The notes under the pieces were generated by a model. It did no database searches. It was not told where the DNA came from and worked only from the letters and a program-made list of their open reading frames with translations. This document shows, one piece after another, positions 49,958 through 64,000 of a stretch of 64,000 nt of DNA. Source of the stretch: Amoebidium appalachense (Eukaryota; Protista; Ichthyosporea); NCBI GenBank assembly GCA_963693365.1, contig CAVNZM010000007.1:2217979-2281978 (forward strand), given 5' to 3'. Made by a program: the position numbers and the translations under genes. Within the stretch, counting starts at the first letter, position 1; the number at the start of each line of letters is the position of its first letter.

Positions 49958-51229
49958 CTATACCCACAGACCCAGCACTGCCATAATAATAAACCCCACA
50001 GCACACACCCCCACCTTAGCAGCCGCATACTTAGACTCCCCCGCCAGACCGGAAGGAAGCAATTCCATGAGTGAAATAAACAAAAACGAACCCGCAGACA
50101 TCGAAACAATAATTGCTTCGGCAAGTGTCCCATTTGGACCATCTACCAAATCCGTCGCCACCCAACCAATACCAATACCTAAGGGTGTCATTAACGAACA
50201 GAAAACCAACGCCGCGGCAACATGAAACCGTGGGAGGTCACCGTAGAAAAGAGCGGTACCCAAAACAAACCCATCTAGTGCTTTGTGGCTCGCAACAGCA
50301 ATAGTCATAGCCCAAAACCCTGCGGAAGAGGTCTCGGAACCGATAGACAGTCCGTCAAAGACAGAGTGAAGAGAAAGCGCGACAAAAAACACCCACGCGC
50401 GTGAAATCTGTCTGACACTTCCCCGTTCAATTTTGCTCAAATCGCTATTCCCACTTTCGCTGTCCAAGTCTATGGTAGCTGCACCTTTCTCCTTGTCTTC
50501 TTTGTCGACTTTCGTCATAGCAGCGGGGGTGTTGACGTTACAGTCGATATGCTGGAATTCTCCAGTCTCGCATGGCTCTACACACACAGCCTCGGCATTT
50601 TCCTGCCCGTGTTCGTATGAAGTACCTGTTGCATGTAACTGATTATCCGGATTATTATGGGGCCTAGGGGTGGTGGCAGAATTCGTAGGAGGGGGGCTGG
50701 GAGGCACGGATTGCCCGTGTGCGAGAGCGTCGGCGATAGGAGCATTTGCATGCATCCAAGTCTCAACAATAACACGGTCGATGAAAAGTAATAGGAGAAA
50801 CACGCCGCCAGCAGCTGCACCCGCAAAGGAAAAGTGTGTGTCTACGCCAGCGGATGAAAAGTATTCTTCGTAGGATTCTTGGGATTCGGGCAACATGTGG
50901 CATAGGCCCGCACCGAGAATAACACCGGCGGAAAAGCACGAACATATCCCCATGACAAGAGTAGCACGGCGAAGACGCGAGAGAACCCATGGTAAGAGTG
51001 ATGCTACGAGTGTCAAAACACCAAGAACGCAAATGAGGACGATTTTTCCAGTAACGAGGCTGGTGCTATTGTTGGCGTCGACATCACTGGAATCACTTTC
51101 ACTGTGTGCATGATCGTGCGCGTGGTCATGATCGGCGCCGTGGCACACACCGGCGACGCCTAGAAGAAGAATGACTAAGATGACACGTGTTAGAGCACGT
51201 GAAAGGGATGTGGAACGTGTATTCTGCAT
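49958..51229 (-). CDS. ZIP (SLC39) zinc/iron permease, intronless, 423 aa from the first ATG
   Basis: Signal-like N-terminus, HDHAHDHAH, FSAGVILGAGLCHMLPES, TM4 ALSLHSVFDGLSIG, TM5 HKALDGF, MTPLGIGIG, AGSFLFISLMELLP. Confidence 0.95.
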   Translation of the reverse strand: MQNTRSTSLSRALTRVILVILLLGVAGVCHGADHDHAHDHAHSESDSSDVDANNSTSLVTGKIVLICVLGVLTLVASLLPWVLSRLRRATLVMGICSCFSAGVILGAGLCHMLPESQESYEEYFSSAGVDTHFSFAGAAAGGVFLLLLFIDRVIVETWMHANAPIADALAHGQSVPPSPPPTNSATTPRPHNNPDNQLHATGTSYEHGQENAEAVCVEPCETGEFQHIDCNVNTPAAMTKVDKEDKEKGAATIDLDSESGNSDLSKIERGSVRQISRAWVFFVALSLHSVFDGLSIGSETSSAGFWAMTIAVASHKALDGFVLGTALFYGDLPRFHVAAALVFCSLMTPLGIGIGWVATDLVDGPNGTLAEAIIVSMSAGSFLFISLMELLPSGLAGESKYAAAKVGVCAVGFIIMAVLGLWV

Positions 51230-51494
51230 AGTAGTTTTTTTCTTCACAAGGGCTGGGAGCGTGATCGTTCTCCCTGAACCGCTTGCAATTGACACACCCG
51301 TTGACTTGTTTGGGTTGACGCGTATTAGTACAGTATGTGACCGTTTTGCACCACTGTGTTTGTTTTCTAAACGTAGTTATGCCACTCGTGTGTATGTGAA
51401 CATAAATACATAAATCAGACATTCGGCGGTATGCTACAATAATTTTGGTCGTGCCCCCGGCTGTAAAAGTTGTTTGTGCGGGCGCTGACTGGCA

Positions 51495-51690
51495 GCCTGT
51501 GACGTGATGAGTGGTTCTTTTATATACTTTCGGCTCTTGCATCCAACGTTGTTGATTGGTCGAAAGATGTCACAGTTTGATTGATTTCCGATTGGTGGGT
51601 GCATCTTGAAGCCAGCCAACCAATCGCAGCGCGCCATTTATTGACGCAATGCAGCCAATCGCTTTCACATACACCGTGATACACGTGCAC
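51495..51690 (-). promoter_or_regulatory. Likely ZIP core promoter (TATA plus CCAAT cluster)
   Basis: Minus-strand TATATAAAAG at 51517-51526; CCAAT/ATTGG near 51554, 51590, 51620 and 51655; TGACGT and CACGTG nearby. Confidence 0.5.
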
Positions 51691-51810
51691 ATGTGCGTAG
51701 GCCGTGTCGAGTGATCGTGCATTCAAAGAGACCTCCCTCTTCCCCGCCTCCCTCCCCCTTTTCCTTCCTTCTCCCTCTCTCCCCTCCAACCCCTCCTTCA
51801 TGATAGGCTG

Positions 51811-51853
<43 letters not shown>

Positions 51854-51988
51854 CAAAAAGCCGCGGCCGCGAGACCGTTGTTTTCTCCCCCAGCAGCTCC
51901 GGGGCCTCCGCCGAGCCCTTCCCGCAGAAAATCCCCCCTCCCCCCACTCCCTCCCCCCCCCCCCCCCCCCCCCTCCCCCCTCCCCCCA

Positions 51989-52019
<31 letters not shown>

Positions 52020-52248
52020 CACACACACACACCCAGTGACCCCTTAAAGAGAATTGAGAGAGAGAGAGAGAAGGGGGGGGGGGGGGGGAGGGGGGAGGGA
52101 GAGAGAGAGAGAGAGAGAGAGAAAGAACTCTAAAGAGAGAGAGAGAGAAACAAAGAGAGAGAGAGAGGGAGAGCGGAGGGAGACGGAAGAGAGAGGGTGA
52201 GAGAGAGGAGGGGGGAGAGAGAGAGAGAGAGAGAGCGTGCGCGCGCGG

Positions 52249-52341
<93 letters not shown>

Positions 52342-52363
52342 GTAGACAGGGGGGGAGAGAGAC

Positions 52364-52437
<74 letters not shown>

Positions 52438-52503
52438 GTGAGAGGTAGAGAGGAGGGAGGGGAGAGAGACAAGAGAGAGGGAGAAAGAGAGGGGGGGGGG
52501 GGG

Positions 52504-52662
<159 letters not shown>

Positions 52663-52716
52663 TGTGACCGAAAGTGAGAGAGCGAGAGAGAGAAAGAAAG
52701 AAAGAGAGATCCCCAT

Positions 52717-52749
<33 letters not shown>

Positions 52750-52850
52750 TAGAGAGAGAAGAGAGATAGAGATATTAATTCAGAGAGAGATCTAGAAAGG
52801 GAGTGAGGGAGAGAGACTCAGGCCGAGGGAGAGGAAGAGAGAGGGACACA

Positions 52851-52893
<43 letters not shown>

Positions 52894-52914
52894 TACACAC
52901 GCACACGCACACAC

Positions 52915-52944
52915 ACAAACACACAAAGCGTACACTGACACTCA

Positions 52945-53012
<68 letters not shown>

Positions 53013-53035
53013 GTACACTGACACTCAGACTGCAC

Positions 53036-53068
<33 letters not shown>

Positions 53069-53207
53069 AAGGGTACACTGACACACACACACACACACCC
53101 ACACCCACCCATCCACCCACCAACCCACACACACAAAGCGTACACTGACACTCAGACACACACACACACACACACACATGTACACACACACACACAAAGC
53201 GTACACT

Positions 53208-53215
<8 letters not shown>
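52915..53215. repeat. Compound minisatellite: cacaaag(c)gtacactgacac(tcagac) units embedded in (CA)n
   Basis: Five recurrences visible. Confidence 0.8.
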
Positions 53216-53263
<48 letters not shown>

Positions 53264-53389
53264 GCACGCTGGCAGGCACACACACATGCAGTGCCACCCC
53301 CCCCCCCTCCCCCTCTCCCCCCCCCGCCCATGCACGCCTTTGCCCCCCCCCCCCCCCCCCCCTCCCCCCGGAAGGGCCCAACAACATTT

Positions 53390-53677
53390 GCAGAGTCAAC
53401 TTGCTCCGAGCAGAAATAAAGAAGCAGACTTATTCTGTTAAAAGCAGTATTCAATCAAGTCTGAAAAGGCAGAATTATTCTGCAAAAGGCAGAATGATTC
53501 TGCTTTTAGCTGGTCACTCTGCTTTTAGCAGATTCATTCTGAATATTCCGCAAGCGGCAGAATAAACCTGCTTTTAGCAGAATAATTTCTGCTGCTTTTG
53601 CTGAATGAATAATTCTGCATGAGCAGAATGATTCTACTTTTTGCAGAATAATTCTTCTTGGAGCAAGTTGACTCCGC
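53390..53677. mobile_element. MITE/foldback-like element with ~26-bp TIRs and internal gcagaatnattctgc subrepeats
   Basis: gcagagtcaacttgctccgagcagaa versus ttcttcttggagcaagttgactccgc (reverse complement, 3 mismatches); no clear TSD. Confidence 0.7.
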
Positions 53678-54116
53678 CCGTTTGGGACACTGTGTGTGTT
53701 TGCTTGTTTGTTAATTTGCTTATGTGCGCATGTGTGCCACAGTGTCTGTTACACTGTGTTCTGGCTGAGGCCAACTTGGTACAACGTTCATGCTGGTGCC
53801 AGTAGATGTCTAAAGGTGGCATACCATGCAGTACTGGCGTGTGCACTTGTAGTGGAAAATGAGGAGTCTACTCCGTTTGTGCTTAAAACTTTGCAAGTAG
53901 GTGAATGGGCCTCTGAGAGGCACCGGAGGGGGGGAAGCTCGAGGGTGGGGGGTGGGGTGGGGTGGGGTGGGGTGGGGGGGAGGGGGGAGGGAAGGGGGGA
54001 GAGGGGGGGGGGGTGATATGTGATACGCTGATATACGTGTTCAAATTGAGCAACAAGCAATCCTCACGGTGAGAGCTGGCAAGATCCAAGGCTGCTTAAA
54101 GAGAGGGAGAGCCCCC

Positions 54117-54200
<84 letters not shown>

Positions 54201-54438
54201 TACCCTTGATAGATAGTGAAGTGCATGTACTTGTGTGTATAGCCTGAGAGTTTCAGTTTAGCTACTAATATAATCAGGATATGCCAAGCTATAAGGTTAG
54301 TTTATTTTTTATTGTTGGAGTATGTGGGACCGTGCCACACCCTCCAAAGCCGTGATGTTCCATGTGCAGCCTTTAGCCATGGCAGACGGAGGGGTGGGTG
54401 GTCTCCCCTTATCCCCCGTTGGGGGAGACGGGGTTGGG

Positions 54439-54473
<35 letters not shown>

Positions 54474-54724
54474 CTCCCCCTCCCCCTTCCTCCTCCCCCC
54501 CCCCCCCCCGCGTCACTGATGATGATTCAAATAGTTCTTCTACTCCCCTCCCCCCCCCCCCCCCCCCCCCCCCCACCCACCCACCCACCCACCCGTTTTT
54601 TCGGTCCAAGAATTTTTAAATCCTCACTTGGAGAAACCCAAGATAGTGCACAGAGGGCAAAAGGTGGGAAGGAGACTCAGTGTTTGAGTTCTTTCTCTCT
54701 CTCTCTCTCTCTGTACTCTCTCTC

Positions 54725-54800
<76 letters not shown>

Positions 54801-54874
54801 ATTCTCTCTCCCTCCCTCTCCCCCTCTCTCTTCACACACACACACAAACGTACGCACACACACACACTCTCTCT

Positions 54875-54916
<42 letters not shown>

Positions 54917-55269
54917 TGTGTGTGTCTCTCTCTTTTTCTCTCCCTCTCCCTCTCTCTCTCCCCCCCCCCTTTCTCTCCCTCCCTCCCTCTCTCTCTCTCC
55001 TCTTCTCCCCCTCCCCCCCCTCCCGGGCGCCCCTCCCTCTCTCGAGGCTCCCCCCCTTTCTCCCCTCCCCCCGCCCCTCCTCTCTGTATATTTTCCTCTC
55101 TCTCCCTCCCTCTCTCCGTCCCTCCCTCCTTCTCTCCCTCAAAGATCCCTCCGTCCACCCATACCCCCTCCCCTCATATTCCGGCCACCTTCCGCTTTCC
55201 TCTTTACCTCTCCTCTCTCACTATTTCTCTTTATCTCTCTCCCCCTTCCTCCCTCTCTGTTAACATTCC

Positions 55270-55308
<39 letters not shown>

Positions 55309-55711
55309 ACCCACCCACCCACCCACCCACACCCACCCACCCATTCTTCCTCCCTCCCACCCTCCCTCTCACATTTCTGGTGTTGCCATTGTTCGCCTCG
55401 CCGCTGGCGTGAGTCATACCGTGGCCGTTGGCCCCCGGTTTGCATATAATGCAAATTTGCAATTCCCAGAATAGCGGTCATTGGCTAATAAGAGTAGGCT
55501 ATAGATGTGCATGATTTAAAAAGCACTTTGAACCAATCGGAAAAGGAATGCTAATCCTATCAAAATACCATCATAGAGTAAAAATAGATCATATGGTTTG
55601 ATTGGTGGAGATTGCCTTCAGTTATTCTGCATGCGCTTTCACAGCTGAAAAGCTGCATTGCCCGCCAAGAAAACAGTTGGTACGATTACAAACGTATAGT
55701 TAGACTCATTC

Positions 55712-55747
<36 letters not shown>

Positions 55748-58075
55748 CCTTCAAAGCATTTTGATACAAATAAGCAAGCACCTTTTCGAACCAAAAGCCT
55801 TATGCTTGTTTGCCGGCCCACATCCTACAGGACGGCCTCCAAGCCTCGGACCAATCATATGCTTCTGTAGCAACAGCGATAATGCCGCTAGGCATGGGTC
55901 ATCATCTACAAAGAACATAAACTTTTGCAAAACGTCAGCAAACGCATCGGATGTTGGCCCAGTCAAGTTTTGGACTGAGCAACACTTCGTGCATCTCTCA
56001 ATATATGTTTATTATAATACTCCTGTTTGACAGTTGAAGCTAAGCAACACTTGTGTTGCATCAATTTCGCTTCAGATCTTGAATCATATTTATTGCAAAT
56101 AGTAAAACCCACGATTCACCCCACCTTACTTTCGTGAGGCCCCATCTGCAATATTGTGCCGATTTTCGAACCAAACTGACAAAAACAGTACGTTTCCAAC
56201 AACACCAAAAATGACTTTCTACGTAAAAACTCTCCTCCTTTTGTGGAGAACATATAAGGGGGAGCAAGCTGCACAACCGCAAGAGGAGAGAGAAACCCAC
56301 GGGTTCTGGATTGAACGTCCGCAAGAAAACGGGGCATCACGCTACTATCTGCTGAAACCCAAAGAGACATCAGTACCCACGGTTACCCACTCATTCCAGA
56401 GAATACACTGAGGTGGACTTAAAAACTTCGACCATGCCGTATGTATTCGACCCAAGCGAACATTCAAAGACCGAATCGGGAACGAACAACTCTACTATGG
56501 ATAGCATGAATTGATATACGTCTGTATGACACTTACGATGCACATCGATCGGTAGAATACATCCAATATATATAGTGAATGATGATGAGACCCTTTAAGC
56601 CATGTGTGAGACACATTGAAGCTGAAAGGCAGATGTTTTATGTACGTTGAGCTTGCCAGTGGTATAGCGCTAACGAAACTGAACTGGGGAGACTACTTGA
56701 TATGAGCGAAAGTTAGATTAAAAGTGATGACAGGGGCCGTGTCCCGTTTTCCTTGGAATGATAAAACATCCTTGCTGTGTTTCATCTGTTCATCAGTTGA
56801 AAAAGTTTGTGTATGCTTGTACACAGCACACTTTGCTTTGTGAATTGCCTGGCTACCACACTCAGTGCTGCTGAAGAATCTAAAGGGAATGTGAAACTCG
56901 GCGGCTCTATTGTTTCCCCCCCCCCCCAAGAAGGCTCGAAAGATATGGGTGCCCTGCCTGTTTAGAATTTTACACCTTGCAGGTTCCTTGATTCCCCACC
57001 TTTGGGGGATTTACTTTCTTCCCGAAGTGTGCGTGCTGCATCAGGGCAAGGCCTAGATCCTCACCTCATTTGCAAACCTTTTCGCCTCCTCTCGACGAGT
57101 TCTATGTTTCATGCCCCTAGTCTATGTGGACCAAAACCGGCATGGCCTGGTCACAACGTTGCTCGTTGTCTTACTATACACTACACCTTTTTCTTCGAGA
57201 GGGTTTGCTGTTTTTGGGCACCATAGCACGTGATGAACTGCTACTGCTTCCGTATTCCTGTGGCCACTCACTCCCAGCTACCTATCTTTCCAGTCTTATA
57301 CCCCCCTCATTTCACCATCCATGCCAAGATCATCTTAGATTCGACAACTGGCCTCATTCCTCTATCTCGTTGTTTTGATGCGGATACCTCAATACTCGCA
57401 CCCCTTCCGGATCCCGCAATGTCCGTCGTCCCCCCCCCCCCCCTCCTGCTCCCTGGGGGACTCTTAATGCCCACCTCTAACTCGCTCCCCAACTCTACAG
57501 TTACTATGAAGTCGACTCATTTGTTCCCGTGCAGTGTGTATATCGCTCAGGTGGCACATGACATCCAGTCTCTTTTGTCAACGAAGAAACACAAAGACAA
57601 ACGGACTTGTCAGTACTAGATTGTTGTTGAGTTTAGTATAGTCGAGTACAAGAAAAAGGTAGACAACGTTGATCTTTCTAAAAGAAACCGCGGAAGCCAA
57701 CCCTTTATTTGCGAAAGGTTCGTGGGCTTTAACGATGCCATGTTTGTAGGGGAAAAAAAAAACTTGGTGAACCGACTTCCTTCTTCGAACCCTACTGCAG
57801 TACTCCGTCGAACTTCGCGAAGTTGGCACATGTCGCAACCTGGGTGTGTTACCAAAAGTGACGTATGCGTGTACGTCACCTGTGGGAAGGAGGGTGGGAT
57901 TCAAAAAGCGCTCAATAATTGTACTTTCGATAGATCGGTGTATTTGATAAACATTAGGGTTTGTTTGACGGGGAAACCTCTCTTGTAGAACAGATATACT
58001 GCACAAATGCCTGAAAATGTAAGATTCAGGGTGGTTCCAACAAGTTGACATAAGTGAATCCAAGGCAAAACCATG

Positions 58076-58145
58076 CACGTGATCTTGCTGCCCTGTGATT
58101 GGCTCACAGCCCCTCATCACAGTCGAAAAAATTTGGGCGACGTCA
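58076..58145. promoter_or_regulatory. Motif cluster upstream of Rab1 (E-box, CCAAT, CRE-like)
   Basis: cacgtg at 58076, gattgg at 58097 and gacgtca at 58139, about 270-340 nt before the ATG. Confidence 0.35.
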
Positions 58146-58414
58146 CTTGCAACGCTGGCAGAAAAAGTAAAAAGCCTCAGGAAAGAGAAAACGAAGAAAA
58201 GCTGAGGCGAAAAAATAGGTCATTTCCAGAGGGGAAAGGTACCTTTTTTAAGGTTTCATAGTGGCTTCTAGAGCTTTGATATACTGCTCCACTGCTGAAG
58301 ATACGTCAGAAAAGCTGTTTAGCTGTAGTGTTTAGGCGCCACCAAGAAGTCAGAAACGACTGAGTAGTAAAACGAAACGAACCGAGTTTTCGTGTAGCCT
58401 TCACAAACCTCAAG

Positions 58415-62207
<3,793 letters not shown>

Positions 62208-62964
62208 GTACATGCCCGGCCTACTGCCAAACATTCACGTGCCGCGTACACGCACATGCATACACACACACTTACACATGCACGCACACACACGCCTGCA
62301 CATGCACACGCACACCGAGACCCACATACACAATGCACACATCCACACACCCACACAACCGCTATCACCACACTTGCATATATGCGAGCTCGTGTTGTGT
62401 ATGCATGGTGCTTGCATGTGCACGTGTGTGTTTGTTTATTTACTTGCTTCGTATGTGCTCCTGTGTTCCGTCTGTGCACAAAGTACCACCATAACCATGA
62501 TGGTTGCTTTTTGACTAGCACGATCAAGACGCGTACGCATTGAAAACACCCACACACAGTAGCACACATACACACACACAGGCACATCCACACGTAAGCA
62601 CGCGCACGCACACATAAGCGCACACACTAGCCCACACGTACGCATGTGCGCGCACACACACATGCACATGCACATGCACACGGCCCGTACATGCAAGAGT
62701 AGAGTCAAGACTCAGGCACACATACCATGCTCAACGGTGTACTAACACTCATGCTTGTTCTTTCTGTCCTCCTGCTCGTTTTTGTGTTATGTGTGATTGT
62801 GTCCTTTTGTGACAACCACCAGCTTACAAAACCAACACATCTTGGCCGCCGGGAAGGACACATACGAGAAGGGGATAAACACACATGCGCCCACATACAC
62901 AAACATTAAGGCACATCAACACACACACACACGCACACGCACGTACTCATGCACACGCACACAC

Positions 62965-63007
<43 letters not shown>

Positions 63008-63319
63008 TGCACTTGCATGCACACATAAACACACGGAGCACACACACATACGCATACACATACACAGCTTACAGGTACACGCTCACGGACACAATCCAAT
63101 AAGTTTTCACTACTGTAATTTTGCACGGACACCACTCCGAGAACATCACGCACAGATGCGGGCATTGTGGCAGAAACGTGGCCGAAGCATTCATTCATGC
63201 ATACACACTCGTGCCGCACACTCGTGCACACACAAATTGAAGAGCCATGTACACAAAAAACTCTTGGAGATTTCCATCTGACCCACCGTTGTTGTTTTCT
63301 GCTGTTGGTTTCATCAGGA

Positions 63320-63366
<47 letters not shown>

Positions 63367-63367
<1 letters not shown>

Positions 63368-63539
63368 AGTTGGGTTTCGTTAACGAGGGGAATAGGTCGA
63401 AACTCGGGTACTGTGGATGACGTGGGCCCCCCCTGAGGATGGGCTCTGCTTATTATGCATACTCTTTATGTATGGCTTGCATTCTGCATCGTGTTATCCG
63501 TTTGTTCTTGTGTACTTCGTACTTTTTGACGCATTCAAA
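63367..63539 (+). mobile_element. Young 5'-truncated copy of the poly(C)-associated repeat
   Basis: 173 bp, identical by eye to 26430-26602, with pure C-runs directly on both sides. Confidence 0.9.
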
Positions 63540-63574
63540 CCCCCCCCCCCCCCCCCCCCCCCTCTCCCCGGGGT

Positions 63575-63616
<42 letters not shown>

Positions 63617-64000
63617 TCACCGAACGCACATCATTCCTACCGTCCCCCTTCCCTCCCCCCTGACCCTTGCCCTTGATGCAAGCTTGTGTGTTCGTTATTA
63701 ATATTCATTGCATGCTATACAGTGTGATTAACTGTTGCTATTTTGGTCGCACACTACAAGAAGTGTTCATGCACTGGGATCTCCTGGTGTGCACCTGTGC
63801 CACGGTGTGCATGCTTTGCTTGGCTTTGGGTGTCTGATGCGATCTGCACCTTTTCGTCTATTTGGTGAATACCAGTTTTGTTCAGCGCAAGGCATTCTAT
63901 CCCCCCCCCCCCCCCCCCCCCCCCCCCCCTTCCCCTCCTCCCCTCCTCCCCCCGCGGCTCGCCCGCCCGCCTGCCCCCCTTCCACCCCGCGGCTCCTGTT

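Noticed and set aside
51230-51295. 22-aa N-terminal extension of ZIP given in the ORF track
   Set aside because: It starts at GTG; the first ATG at 51229 precedes a signal-like sequence

Overview
Eukaryotic genomic DNA, probably from a protist (the taxon cannot be determined from sequence alone). It uses the standard code and GT-AG introns, and is very rich in poly(C)/poly(G) tracts and (CA)/(CT) microsatellites, so almost all listed ORFs are low-complexity artefacts. Manual exon stitching gives six genes: the 3' part of an apparently damaged OCA2/P-protein-like transporter (+), a 14-exon membrane-anchored Cys-rich/EGF/GH114 glycosidase (-), a class C GPCR-like multi-TM protein (+), a 16-exon SPX-EXS XPR1/SYG1 phosphate exporter (+), an intronless ZIP transporter (-), and Rab1 (+, last exon outside the window). 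The main unexplained signal is a dispersed repeat family with about 10 copies. All lie in the same orientation, share a 3' end (..GCATTCAAA) that runs into poly(C), and are variably 5'-truncated; most sit within poly(C) tracts. The longest copy carries a highly structured RNA with a candidate pseudoknot. This fits a poly(C)-targeting non-LTR retroelement/SINE, which is an inference because no RT is in the window. The poly(C) tracts themselves lie strand-specifically next to splice sites.
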